IMG/VR virus record: IMGVR_UViG_3300032218_003007
Coordinates: 37,647 to 101,646 of that record
Strand: one strand, 5' to 3'
Source: a virus
Taxonomy: Duplodnaviria; Caudoviricetes
Length of the DNA stretch: 64,000 nucleotides
The notes beneath the pieces were generated by a model. It saw only the letters and a list, made by a program, of their open reading frames with translations. It did not search any database and was not told the origin of the DNA. The first letter of the stretch is position 1, and each line of letters begins with the position of its first letter. A program made the translations under genes and the position numbers. Below, piece by piece: positions 37,309 to 47,147 of the stretch.

Positions 37309-38916
37309 TTACATCACTAACACTTTGCCAACCATGTCAACCAACACCTCATTGAAATAATAATCCATATCTCGTGCTAATGTTTCTGTGAGTCTTGAAC
37401 TATACTCAGCTGATTCTGGATTAAATCTCATGCCTTTGGTTGGCTTTCCCCATGCTTTTTTGCCATAGTAAATTACATCTGGCAATGGATTCAGCGTTAC
37501 ATGGCCTGTTTTGATGTACTGGGCAAACATTTCATACATAAACTCATATGGTCTGCGAATCTGATTCATACGACTGCTGCGTTGTGTGCCAATCGCATTG
37601 AACAATGCAGCATATTCAGTGTATTTTTCTAATCTAAAATGTTTTCCATCTGAACCTGGTGTAATTTGCTGTTTATAATCTGTTGACAATATTTGGTTTA
37701 TGTTCTTAAAAAAATGATTTTCAGCTTCTCGCCATGATTGTCCTGCTGCTTGTAAACTAGAATAAACTGAAGTTGTTGCCCTGCAAGCATGTCCTATGCG
37801 GTGTGCCATAATCCAGGGTGTCATGGCCACAGGATCTGCGCCCGTATTGCCTACAAAGACCACGGTTATTGCATCTTCGTGATCTGCTAGTATTTGATCT
37901 GCTTGTTTTGGAAATATTTTACGCAGCTTTTGTTCAGAAACTGCACCTATTTCACTATGCTTGCCTGTGCCTGATACATTGGCAAAGAACAATCTAAAGT
38001 CATGAGGTGTCTTTTCAAAGAACTTTATAGTTTTAAGTTTGCTGACTGGATGAGCAACTAGTTTTTTGTTTGCACCACGGAATGGGCCTGGCTTGTCAAA
38101 ATCACCGATCAGGTCATAACTCTTGACTGCCATTTCATCTAGATCATCAGCACTTTCTAGATGGAACTTGTCGAGTTGTTTTCTCAGAGTTCCTGGGCGA
38201 ACATCTCGCGTCAAACTCATGCTGTAACGTGGATCATTTTTCTGTCTGCTTGTGGCGATTTGTCCTACGCCAGCTGCTTCTTCAGTGAGTCCTCCTAGGA
38301 TACTATCTAAACGAGCAGATAACTTGCTTATCAATGCAGGTTTTTTGTTTAATACTGGATAAAGATCAGTCAAAAGTCCTGCTTTGTCATCAGGACTCAT
38401 ATTGGGCCACATTTCGCGAATTTGACTAGCGCTGGTTATGCCTGATTTGCCTGCTTTAAATTGTACGGTCGGTAGATAGTCGATATAAGCATGTTTAGCA
38501 GAAGGCTGAAGTTTATCATTGTATGGCTGCAGATACGAAGCACTGCCATCTTTTTTAACTCCACCTGGTTTTGGTTGTTCATCTCGATCTTTTTCACTGC
38601 GAACAAACACAACAGCAGTACTATAAGGATCATAATTGTCAACGATTTCTTTAGCTTGAAATGGGCTCTTTACCTGCACAAAGCGATCTGCTGGAATTCC
38701 TGCTAATTGGGCCAGTTGTCTCTTCATTTCAAATGGAAATGGACGCTCTTTGCGATCATCTGTTGATGCTAGATAGATATCAGCATTGGGAAACTTTTGT
38801 TTGGCAGCATTATAAAGACTTAAATGACCAGGATGAAAAGGATGATAACCACCAGGTAGTATTACTACTAGCTTTTGTGCTACATCAGATGATTCAAAAA
38901 GTTCGGCAATAAACAT
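37309..38916 (-). CDS. HxGH nucleotidyltransferase (cytidylyltransferase/NMNAT-like) fused to a zincin-like domain
   Basis: Leader MFIAELFE; PGGYHPFHPGH, SASQIR; C-terminal WIMAHRIGH...EMFAQY. Confidence 0.75.
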   Translation of the reverse strand: MFIAELFESSDVAQKLVVILPGGYHPFHPGHLSLYNAAKQKFPNADIYLASTDDRKERPFPFEMKRQLAQLAGIPADRFVQVKSPFQAKEIVDNYDPYSTAVVFVRSEKDRDEQPKPGGVKKDGSASYLQPYNDKLQPSAKHAYIDYLPTVQFKAGKSGITSASQIREMWPNMSPDDKAGLLTDLYPVLNKKPALISKLSARLDSILGGLTEEAAGVGQIATSRQKNDPRYSMSLTRDVRPGTLRKQLDKFHLESADDLDEMAVKSYDLIGDFDKPGPFRGANKKLVAHPVSKLKTIKFFEKTPHDFRLFFANVSGTGKHSEIGAVSEQKLRKIFPKQADQILADHEDAITVVFVGNTGADPVAMTPWIMAHRIGHACRATTSVYSSLQAAGQSWREAENHFFKNINQILSTDYKQQITPGSDGKHFRLEKYTEYAALFNAIGTQRSSRMNQIRRPYEFMYEMFAQYIKTGHVTLNPLPDVIYYGKKAWGKPTKGMRFNPESAEYSSRLTETLARDMDYYFNEVLVDMVGKVLVM

Positions 38917-38938
38917 ACGATTTATCCATAATATAGTG

Positions 38939-38945
38939 TATTTAT
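38939..38945 (-). promoter_or_regulatory. T4 gp55-type late promoter heading the cargo island
   Basis: ATAAATA. The same motif precedes the endolysin (48926-48932), baseplate gene (62220-62226), clpA (43190-43196), 55627 (55652-55658), 8560 and the homing endonuclease. Confidence 0.7.
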
Positions 38946-38983
38946 CTAATTATCACTTATATATGGTTCAAGTATTGAACATA

Positions 38984-39010
38984 AAGAAAGGCTGTCTAGC
39001 AGCCTTTCTT
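38984..39010 (-). terminator. Rho-independent terminator separating the island from upstream genes
   Basis: aagaaaggctg-tctag-cagcctttctt, a perfect 11-bp stem with U-rich end. Confidence 0.75.
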
Positions 39011-39032
39011 ATGTACATGCGCTACTTTGCGA

Positions 39033-39968
39033 CTAAACAGCAGGAACAGGACGAGTTTGACCTGGTGGATTCTGTGCCATATTTACTGCGTCACGTAATG
39101 CATCTGGTACACTATCAGGAAGATTACCTGACGCACCATCCTGTCGATTGCGAGCCTGTCCGGCAATATCGATCTTGCTTAGATCCCCTGCAAACTCATA
39201 ATGACCTACATGATTCAATAGAACCTTGCTGTGCGCCCAAATCTCACCACCAAGACTCTGCCAACGACGGCAGAATAGCCAGTCTTCTGACAGATAATGA
39301 CCACGTTCATCGATTTCTACGTCAAAAATTGCATACATGGTTGGTTCATATTGCTTGCCGAGACCTACATCGTCAACATACTTAGTATGTGAAAAAGCAC
39401 CAATCATGCGTTCATATACAGCACGCTTGAACATCAAAAATCCTGTACCCATTGTATCTACGGTGAAAATATCACCCTGAATCTTGGTTTCAGGCTTGAG
39501 ATTAATTACATAACTTACAGGCAATGCTTTCTTAGGGTACAAACCGCCGATTACATCCTTATCACATGCAATCATCTGAAGAATTGATTCAGGTTGGAAA
39601 CGAATATCAGCGTCAATGAACATAAAATGCGTTGCTGCCTTATTAGTCATCATCTTAGCCATAAGATTATTGCGTGCTCGGGTAACTAAACTCTCGTTAA
39701 CCATTGTGTCGAGGCTCCAATTTAATCCTGCTTGCTGTGCTAGCAATATAAAACGCAGAAAACTTGTCATTGTAGGCTCACTGACCATGCCGCCATAGCA
39801 AGGAATACCAATATGTAGATGTATCTTGCTGAAATCAAACGGCGTTCCTGTCTGTTGTGGTTGAGGATTGGCAGCTTGTTCTGCTTGTTTCGCAGCTGCT
39901 GCCTTGATCATGGCAACAGCATCTTGTTGACTAACTTTATTTACGGATGTAGGTTTTTTGATACTCAT
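39033..39968 (-). CDS. GT-A fold glycosyltransferase-like protein
   Basis: IGIPCYGG, NESLVTRARN, FMFIDADI (DxD), GTGFLM, YLSEDWLFC. Confidence 0.8.
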   Translation of the reverse strand: MSIKKPTSVNKVSQQDAVAMIKAAAAKQAEQAANPQPQQTGTPFDFSKIHLHIGIPCYGGMVSEPTMTSFLRFILLAQQAGLNWSLDTMVNESLVTRARNNLMAKMMTNKAATHFMFIDADIRFQPESILQMIACDKDVIGGLYPKKALPVSYVINLKPETKIQGDIFTVDTMGTGFLMFKRAVYERMIGAFSHTKYVDDVGLGKQYEPTMYAIFDVEIDERGHYLSEDWLFCRRWQSLGGEIWAHSKVLLNHVGHYEFAGDLSKIDIAGQARNRQDGASGNLPDSVPDALRDAVNMAQNPPGQTRPVPAV

Positions 39969-39988
39969 TGATTGCTCTCTTTAATTGA

Positions 39989-40156
39989 TTAAGATAACTC
40001 TACTTCGACGATGATATTATCGCCAACTAGTTCTTGTGCTACTTGTTCTAAGGCTGTAATTAGGTCAGTATTAATTGCGCTCGGCGCATCTTTGTCTGAA
40101 TCTCGGACTAATCTGTTAAATTTTATTGTAACTGCTTCTGTTTGAATTTTAGCCAT
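39989..40156 (-). CDS. 55-aa protein missed by the ORF track (MAKIQTEAVTIKFNRLVRD...VEVELS)
   Basis: AAGGAG RBS, fills the gap exactly, CTAAATA upstream. Confidence 0.75.
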   Translation of the reverse strand: MAKIQTEAVTIKFNRLVRDSDKDAPSAINTDLITALEQVAQELVGDNIIVEVELS

Positions 40157-40184
40157 GCGCTACTCCTTGAAAATACTCAGATAT

Positions 40185-40916
40185 TTAGTTATTGTAAACT
40201 AACTCATGAATATTTGTTACTACCCCGGGAGAGATCAAGTTTATAAACACAGCAAGACTAAGGTCATTTACAAGCAAGAACGGTGCAGTATATACAGATT
40301 TGTGATTAGACGCCAATGCATTTCTGCCAGCAGCATTACAGTATACTTGATTGTCTAAATTGTCTATATAATTCAATAATTGATGCTTGGTGTTAATATC
40401 AAACTGCCCTGTGCGCAAAGTCAATTTATATTTGAAGCCGGGATCAGTTTTTACAATTATTGAGTTATTAAGCAAGATATTTTCTGTACCAGATTCTGGA
40501 CCTGTTATTTTGCTGATGAAATCTAAATCTACAGTATTGAATTCTTTAACTATCTCCTTTAACATTTCTTCATTTTCTGAGTATATTTGTACATTTGGTT
40601 CTTCAACACGTACTTTAACAATGTTAGCGTACTTAGTTTTTATTCTACGAAGATTTTCTAATAAAAAAACATCAGCATTTTCTAAATTCTGATACCGATA
40701 TCGTTGCTGCAACCAAAAATTTTGCACTCTATATAAATTTGAATTAGAAATCCTCATCATTATAGCATAAGAAATATTTTCATCAGACAATATACTTCTT
40801 GCTCCGATAGCATTTATATTCATTCGCCATAGGTATTTCTTATGAAAACTTTTAATAGTTTTGCTTAATTTAATGTTGGAATTAAGACTAAGCCAGTACG
40901 ACGTATCCATTTTCAT
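40185..40916 (-). CDS. Hypothetical phage protein
   Basis: 243 aa overlapping the clpA end. Confidence 0.7.
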   Translation of the reverse strand: MKMDTSYWLSLNSNIKLSKTIKSFHKKYLWRMNINAIGARSILSDENISYAIMMRISNSNLYRVQNFWLQQRYRYQNLENADVFLLENLRRIKTKYANIVKVRVEEPNVQIYSENEEMLKEIVKEFNTVDLDFISKITGPESGTENILLNNSIIVKTDPGFKYKLTLRTGQFDINTKHQLLNYIDNLDNQVYCNAAGRNALASNHKSVYTAPFLLVNDLSLAVFINLISPGVVTNIHELVYNN

Positions 40917-43173
40917 CTATCTTAGGTGCATTTGACAATGCAGTTTGTGGAGTAAAAATAAACTGTTCTTCGACATAATCAATAACTACAATACTATTAG
41001 TAGGTATATTTTCAAACAAAATCTTTTTGCTTAAAGGTACCTTAATAAGGTCATTGATTTTTCGAGCAACGGGTCGAGCGCCCATTCTAGGATCATATCC
41101 AACTTCTGCTAGATGATCTACTGCAGCTTCAGTAAGTCGTACACGAATCAATTTTTCTGCTAACAGGTCATTGATTTCATTAATAAACTTAGCCACAATC
41201 TTCTTCATACTGAACTGATCTAATTTGTTGAATTTGCAGACTGCATCCAAACGATTTCTAAATTCAGGTTTAAAAAACTCTGTCATAGCCTTATCGTCTT
41301 CTCCAGTTTTTTGTAATGCAGTACTAAAACCAATTGTGTTCTTTTCATTGTCAGCAGCGCCTAAATTGCTGGTCATGATTACAATAGTATTGCGACAATC
41401 AGCTTTCTTTCCACTGCTAGATGTAACTACACCTTCATCCATCAAGCTCAGCAGTACATTAACTACATCAGGATGTGCTTTTTCTATTTCGTCGAAGAGC
41501 AAAACACTGTTAGGTTGCTTTTCAATATCGCTGATTAGTAATCCACCACCGAGGTTGCCATCATCATAGCCTACATAGCCTGGCGGTGCACCGATTAACT
41601 TACTGGCTGCGTGTTTCTCTTGATACTCGCCCATATCATAACGAATAAGTTTCATACCTAGATATTCTGCTATTAACTTAGCCATTTCAGTCTTGCCTGT
41701 GCCGGTAGGACCTAGGAATAAGAAGTTACCGATAGGTTTGTTGATAGTTTTCAGACCAGCTTTACTTACATAAATCTTTTCTAATAACTGATCCACGATG
41801 CTATCTTGGCTGTATAAGCGACTCTTGATATTACTTTCTAAATTCTCAAGACTCTTGGCAGATTCAGAACCAATTTGATCTGCTGGAATCTTTGTAAATT
41901 TAGCAACAGTATCTACAATTTGTGTGCGAGTTAAAATCCAATCATCTTGCTTAAGTTTGATCTTTGCTGCTGCTGTATCAATTAGATCGATAGCTTTGTC
42001 GGGCAAACGCTTGTCTGTCTGATAACGCACACTTAGGTCCACTGCTGCCTCAATAGCACTGTCATCAATAATTCCATTGTGAAATTCTTCAAAATATTTT
42101 CGTAAACCATAAAGAATATCTTTTGCAACAGATGGTGTAGGTTCTTCCACGGTCATGCGATAGAATCTTCGCATCAGAGCACGATCTTTCTCAAAACTTT
42201 GAGTGTACTCTTCCCATGTAGTGCTGGCAATGACTTTGATATTACTTTTACTCAGTGCAGGCTTGATCATATTAGCAAAGTCTACTGAACTGTTACTGCC
42301 TGCGCCCGCGCCTTTCATCTGATGCGCTTCGTCGATGAACAGAATAGTTTTACCTTTGGCGGTTAATGCTGAGATAACATCCTTGAGCTTTTCTTCGAAT
42401 TCACCGCGATATTTGCTACCAGCTAACAGACTGCCAATATCTAGATTGTATACTGTGAATTCACGTAGATAATTGGGCACTTCATTATCAGTGATTCGGA
42501 GAGCTAAACCTTCAGCAATCGCTGTCTTTCCTACACCAGGATCACCAACCATTAAGATATTACTCTTATTGCGTTTAGCTAGAACTTGTGTAATTTCTTC
42601 CAGTTCGTGGTCTCGTCCAATAACTGGATCAATTTTACCTTCACGAGCTGATTGGTTAAGATTGGTACAATATTCATCTAAAATTTGATCTGCTCGTTGA
42701 GAACTTGCAGTGCTTCTACCATGGCTTTGTTTATAGTTTTTATTGTAAAACTCAACAACTTGATTACGATCTAAACCATACTTCAATAAAAAGTACGATG
42801 CATGAGAGTTAGATTCAACATAGACACTAACAAACAGATCAATTACCTGCATATGGCTTCGACCACTGAACAGTACCTGTGTAAATGCACGATTGAAAAC
42901 ACGTTCTAGAGCATGAGTTTTTTTAGGAACTACATTACTAGTCTTACTGACTAAGAATGTTTGATTCGCTAAATGCGCTTCTAGATCTTCTACGAGACTA
43001 TTAACATCACCGCCAAAGTCATTCAACAAATTACCAAACGGCTCATATTTCACAAGAGCTGCGAGTAAATGCTCAAGCGTAACATATTCATGGTTGAACT
43101 GTTTTGCTAATTTTGCTGCATTTTCAATGATGACTTCAATTTCGGGATTCGGTTGTATCATATCTTTGTCCAA
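40888..43173 (-). CDS. clpA: ClpA-like Hsp100 ATPase
   Basis: HEYVTLEHLL N-domain, GDPGVGKT, GPTGTGKT, KLIGAPPGYVG, ClpP-docking IGF loop, no ClpB middle domain. Confidence 0.92.
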   Translation of the reverse strand: MDKDMIQPNPEIEVIIENAAKLAKQFNHEYVTLEHLLAALVKYEPFGNLLNDFGGDVNSLVEDLEAHLANQTFLVSKTSNVVPKKTHALERVFNRAFTQVLFSGRSHMQVIDLFVSVYVESNSHASYFLLKYGLDRNQVVEFYNKNYKQSHGRSTASSQRADQILDEYCTNLNQSAREGKIDPVIGRDHELEEITQVLAKRNKSNILMVGDPGVGKTAIAEGLALRITDNEVPNYLREFTVYNLDIGSLLAGSKYRGEFEEKLKDVISALTAKGKTILFIDEAHQMKGAGAGSNSSVDFANMIKPALSKSNIKVIASTTWEEYTQSFEKDRALMRRFYRMTVEEPTPSVAKDILYGLRKYFEEFHNGIIDDSAIEAAVDLSVRYQTDKRLPDKAIDLIDTAAAKIKLKQDDWILTRTQIVDTVAKFTKIPADQIGSESAKSLENLESNIKSRLYSQDSIVDQLLEKIYVSKAGLKTINKPIGNFLFLGPTGTGKTEMAKLIAEYLGMKLIRYDMGEYQEKHAASKLIGAPPGYVGYDDGNLGGGLLISDIEKQPNSVLLFDEIEKAHPDVVNVLLSLMDEGVVTSSSGKKADCRNTIVIMTSNLGAADNEKNTIGFSTALQKTGEDDKAMTEFFKPEFRNRLDAVCKFNKLDQFSMKKIVAKFINEINDLLAEKLIRVRLTEAAVDHLAEVGYDPRMGARPVARKINDLIKVPLSKKILFENIPTNSIVVIDYVEEQFIFTPQTALSNAPKIDENGYVVLA

Positions 43174-43182
43174 GGTTACCCC

Positions 43183-44064
43183 TCATGAGTATTTATGTGT
43201 TGTTCTGCTATCTCTAATCTGTTTTATTAATTCTAAATGGTCCGCGTTTAGATCAGTTGGAACTATAACATTTATTCTAACAATCAAACTTCCTCTTGTC
43301 GAACTATTAAGAGCATATAATCCCTGATCATTTAGCCTAAATCCTGCGCCTGTTTGTGTGCCAGCAGGAATAGATAAACTAAATTGTTTTCCATCTAAGC
43401 CAGTGATTACTTCAGTGCTACCTGTGATAGCGGTTAAACAATCAATATTCAGTTCAGTGAATAAATCAATATCTTGAACTTGAAAGTTTGGATTAGGTTC
43501 AACAACGACCTGCACATACAGATCACCACGTCCCAAAGTATCAAAAAAGTTATCACCGAGTCCGGGATATTTAATCGTAGAATTATTCGATATACCAACA
43601 GGAATTTTTACTTCAATTGTTTCTCGATGACCATTGGTAGTTTGTACACTGATAGTTTTAGTCTGCTCAGATAATGTACTGAGCAACGAAACACTTAATT
43701 GTATGCGTAGATCTTTATTTCTTCTTGGCTGTCTAAAGTCACCAAAAGGGTCTCCGCCAAAGTGAACATTAAAATTTCTGAAAATATCATCGATATTTCC
43801 AAAGCCAGCAAATCCAGGTGGCATATCTTGGCCATTGATGTTGAATCTGAAATTTTGACCACTGCCTGATTGCATAGCATCGTATTGAGATTTTTTTTGT
43901 GGATCACCCAATATACTATATGCAGTTTGTATTTCTTTAAACATAGTATCATCGCCGCCTGTACGATCAGGATGATGCTTCATTGCTAGACTGCGGTAAG
44001 CCTTCTTTATATCTTCTTGCGAAGAGTTTTTGTCTATGCCTAGAATTGAATAGTAATCACTCAT
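43183..44064 (-). CDS. dnaJ: DnaJ/CbpA-type co-chaperone lacking the Zn finger
   Basis: J-domain with HPD, G/F region, C-terminal GDLYV domain. Confidence 0.92.
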   Translation of the reverse strand: MSDYYSILGIDKNSSQEDIKKAYRSLAMKHHPDRTGGDDTMFKEIQTAYSILGDPQKKSQYDAMQSGSGQNFRFNINGQDMPPGFAGFGNIDDIFRNFNVHFGGDPFGDFRQPRRNKDLRIQLSVSLLSTLSEQTKTISVQTTNGHRETIEVKIPVGISNNSTIKYPGLGDNFFDTLGRGDLYVQVVVEPNPNFQVQDIDLFTELNIDCLTAITGSTEVITGLDGKQFSLSIPAGTQTGAGFRLNDQGLYALNSSTRGSLIVRINVIVPTDLNADHLELIKQIRDSRTTHKYS

Positions 44065-44122
44065 TGTTCACACGCTATAATAGATGCAAAATCATATCGC
44101 ATCTATTATATGTTGTCAATGA

Positions 44123-44356
44123 TTATTTACCGGCTTTTTTATCCGGAACTACTGTTCCTTCAAATTTCTTATGAATCTTAACTTTCTTGCAGTTTTGTTT
44201 CACTTTGCCATTTTTATCAGTGACAGGTTTACCATTTTTTCCAAGCGTATCATGACAAACTGTCTTGGTTTCGTGAACAGTTTGATCGTTTTCAGCTTGT
44301 GATGATGAGGCAATAGTCAGTAATCCTAAAAATATCATTACATTTACATTATTCAT
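44123..44356 (-). CDS. Small secreted protein
   Basis: Signal peptide (SSQA-E) and two Cys. Confidence 0.65.
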   Translation of the reverse strand: MNNVNVMIFLGLLTIASSSQAENDQTVHETKTVCHDTLGKNGKPVTDKNGKVKQNCKKVKIHKKFEGTVVPDKKAGK

Positions 44357-44366
44357 TTTTTTTCCT

Positions 44367-44969
44367 TTATATTACAGGGTCAGATGTTATTGGAACTATC
44401 TTTTTACCACCGGCGTTCACTGTTACCGAAGCCACTGGAGTATCTATTGTAGCTGAAAACCCAGTGCTTGGTGGTGCCGTGGTTGAAGGTTCTGGTGTTG
44501 CAGCTGGTGCAGAAAAACTGCTAGTGGCAGGTGCACTGAAACCTGAACTTGCTGGTGCTGCAGGTGCACTGAAACCTGAACTTGTTGCTGCAGGTGAACC
44601 GAAGCCTCCCGAAGCCGGCACACCAAATCCACCGCTGGTTGTTGGTGATGGTGTAGTAGGCATTCCTGGCATACTAGGTATACTGAGGCCTCCATTGTTT
44701 GCGCCGCTAAGTTTTTCCTGAGTTCTGCCATAAGCAGCAATACCTAGCACAGCGCCCATGGAAATATGAAATAAACCTGCGCCTTGCAAGGTCAATGGAG
44801 CCCATTGCGCTGTCGATCCTTTGGTGAACATGTTTAATACACTCCAAAGAACGGGCGCCACAATGAAATCAAATCCACAGACTGCAAGATATAGCCAGCC
44901 TAAGCAAGGTCTCCATTTAGAGTTTACCCAATCTTCTTTTTTACTATCAACTTCGTCATTGTTTGCCAT
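44367..44969 (-). CDS. Holin-like protein (GTA 3TM-holin type) with disordered Ser/Gly/Pro tail
   Basis: KWRPCLGW motif, hydrophobic helices, LGIAAYGRTQEK; lies in the lysis cluster. Confidence 0.7.
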   Translation of the reverse strand: MANNDEVDSKKEDWVNSKWRPCLGWLYLAVCGFDFIVAPVLWSVLNMFTKGSTAQWAPLTLQGAGLFHISMGAVLGIAAYGRTQEKLSGANNGGLSIPSMPGMPTTPSPTTSGGFGVPASGGFGSPAATSSGFSAPAAPASSGFSAPATSSFSAPAATPEPSTTAPPSTGFSATIDTPVASVTVNAGGKKIVPITSDPVI

Positions 44970-44982
44970 TTTAATCTCCTTT

Positions 44983-45564
44983 TTAGAACCAGAGCCACAA
45001 GCCTTGGCTCATTAATAGTATACCTAATCCTGCTACTCCAAAGCTCATCCAAAATAGTCCCATGTTAACTGCTAGAATACTAGCACTAAGAATTACAATA
45101 CTAAGTTGATAAGCTGTACCCGCATAACTAATCCAAGGACTGCGTTTTTTAGCATGATCGCGGTCAGCTTCTAGTTTTTTCGCAGCTGCCATTAATTCTA
45201 CTTTGCCTTCATTTGTTGCTGGATCACTTTCGTATCGTTCGGCTTTATTTAAAAATTTAGATTTTAGTTCTGCATCCTTAGTTTCAACTGCAGCTAGTTC
45301 ATACATAGTCTGCTTCATGCTCTTAGCTTGATAAAAATTCCACAAATCATTGGCTTTGATTGTGTTGTTCATCACTGTGCTGCTCAGACTACCGCTGATA
45401 TAAGTATTGAATGCCAACAGTGCTGCAAATACGTTGATCACCATACCAGCTTTGTCTTTTATTCGAGATTCTTTTTCTGATCTAGTAAGTGCTTTTCCTG
45501 AGCTATCAGTAGTATTTTTTTCTTGGCGAGATACCATTCTTAATACATTGTCTATCATACTCAT
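44983..45564 (-). CDS. DUF4337-like membrane protein
   Basis: ANDLWNFYQAKSMKQ plus TM helices. Start MSMID after an AAGGA RBS. Confidence 0.7.
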   Translation of the reverse strand: MSMIDNVLRMVSRQEKNTTDSSGKALTRSEKESRIKDKAGMVINVFAALLAFNTYISGSLSSTVMNNTIKANDLWNFYQAKSMKQTMYELAAVETKDAELKSKFLNKAERYESDPATNEGKVELMAAAKKLEADRDHAKKRSPWISYAGTAYQLSIVILSASILAVNMGLFWMSFGVAGLGILLMSQGLWLWF

Positions 45565-45577
45565 ATTATTATTTTCC

Positions 45578-45772
45578 TTATGCGTAGGTCTCATTTTCTA
45601 TCGAACTAGAATCATAAATTAATATTCCGTGTTCGTTATATACTTTTATATATGGTTCTTGTAAATTTCGTGCGAAGATTAATGCTTGATCAAGGCTATT
45701 GAAATAATGATCTTCTGCTGTATGTCCATTTTCTCCCCAACGATGAATTCGCACATGCGAGTGTCTCTTCAT
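45578..45772 (-). CDS. Small hypothetical protein
   Basis: Start MKRHSH directly after the stop of the upstream gene. Confidence 0.55.
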   Translation of the reverse strand: MKRHSHVRIHRWGENGHTAEDHYFNSLDQALIFARNLQEPYIKVYNEHGILIYDSSSIENETYA

Positions 45773-45773
45773 A

Positions 45774-46853
45774 TTACCTATTATCCTTGAAATATTTGAT
45801 CCATGTATTTCTAGTTTGTTTAGTATATTTAGTGAGATTCGTTTGATTACGCCATACGTTGATTTTACTAAATTCAATAGCGCGAGAAATCGCGTGAAAA
45901 ATCTCATCACTGTCTCCTGGTTTAGCGTTGAAAAATTTAGATCCCCAAGGAACCTCTGGTGAACAAACAATTGGAACTCCTTGACTTACCAGATCTGCAC
46001 ATACTATGTTAAAAGTCTCAGAAAAACTACATTGCAGACCAATATCCATCTGCGAACATATTTCTAAAAACTGCTCACGCGGTGTCCATTCATGGATTAC
46101 TAGCTTATGGCCATAATCAGTCATATGCTCAAACATTTGGCGTAGATTATTCATAACTGGCTCGCCTTTGCCTTCGATTCTACCAGAGTTTATATGAAAT
46201 CTCAGTTGCTTACCATGGTGATTGCAATATTTGATTGCTGCTATTGCTTGAACTACGTGATTCTTTAACGGTCTGACTGCGCCAAAACAAGCAACATCTA
46301 TCCAATATTTTTCACTTAGGTAACGATTTTTTTCTTTAACAAGTTTCTTTTTGTAATCTTTCGGATAATAATTAGGGAGATATATTATTCGCTCTTCGAC
46401 TTCCTTTTCACTTAAACCACAGGCTGTTACCAAATAAGTTCTAGCTTCATCTAGCATTCGAGGTGCATTCACTCCTATGCTAATTTGCGGAAATTTAATG
46501 TATTCAGCAAGCCAGTCCATTGCCATACCTTCGCCGGCTATAAAAGGCAGTTCACTGTGGAGACGTATTACCCAATTCACAGTCGGATGTAGTGCAGTTA
46601 AAATATTAAACTTGGTAGGAACAACCCATAATGCTTCGATTATAACGTAGTTTGGTTTAAACTCAGTGACTAATCTGTCGATGCAGTTATTGTCAATAGC
46701 TACTTGAAGATCTACTTCATATCCCGATTCTTGCATCATATCTCGCATAAAGCTGGCCGAGTTAAAAAGACCTGTACTCATGCCTAACGGGCTATGTTCG
46801 ACAGGATTATAGTCGTCTCGACGTTTTAGAATGAATTGAATTTTTGGTTTCAT
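45774..46853 (-). CDS. GT-B (family 4-like) glycosyltransferase
   Basis: FGAVRPLKN, DIGLQCSFSETFNIVCAD, GVPIV. Confidence 0.75.
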   Translation of the reverse strand: MKPKIQFILKRRDDYNPVEHSPLGMSTGLFNSASFMRDMMQESGYEVDLQVAIDNNCIDRLVTEFKPNYVIIEALWVVPTKFNILTALHPTVNWVIRLHSELPFIAGEGMAMDWLAEYIKFPQISIGVNAPRMLDEARTYLVTACGLSEKEVEERIIYLPNYYPKDYKKKLVKEKNRYLSEKYWIDVACFGAVRPLKNHVVQAIAAIKYCNHHGKQLRFHINSGRIEGKGEPVMNNLRQMFEHMTDYGHKLVIHEWTPREQFLEICSQMDIGLQCSFSETFNIVCADLVSQGVPIVCSPEVPWGSKFFNAKPGDSDEIFHAISRAIEFSKINVWRNQTNLTKYTKQTRNTWIKYFKDNR

Positions 46854-46883
46854 TGAAAATCCTCAGAATAAAAAGTATATTCA

Positions 46884-47147
46884 TCAAGCAGCCATTTTTG
46901 CTATTGCAATCAGCGCATTTATTGCCATGTTTAATGTTTCTTTCAAGCTCATCTGGCTCATGTCCTGCATGATATCAACTTGATGTTGAATATCTGCGAG
47001 TACATCAGCTACTTCATCATTGCTCATTTGTCCTGATTGAACTTGCTGAACTACCTGAAGCACATACTGTGCTGCAGCAGCAAAGTTTTCATCGCCTGAT
47101 TCAGCGATTTGATTTAGATAATGTGTAATTTCTTCAATGCTATTCAT
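46884..47147 (-). CDS. Hypothetical helical protein
   Basis: 87 aa, coupled to the lipoprotein gene. Confidence 0.7.
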   Translation of the reverse strand: MNSIEEITHYLNQIAESGDENFAAAAQYVLQVVQQVQSGQMSNDEVADVLADIQHQVDIMQDMSQMSLKETLNMAINALIAIAKMAA

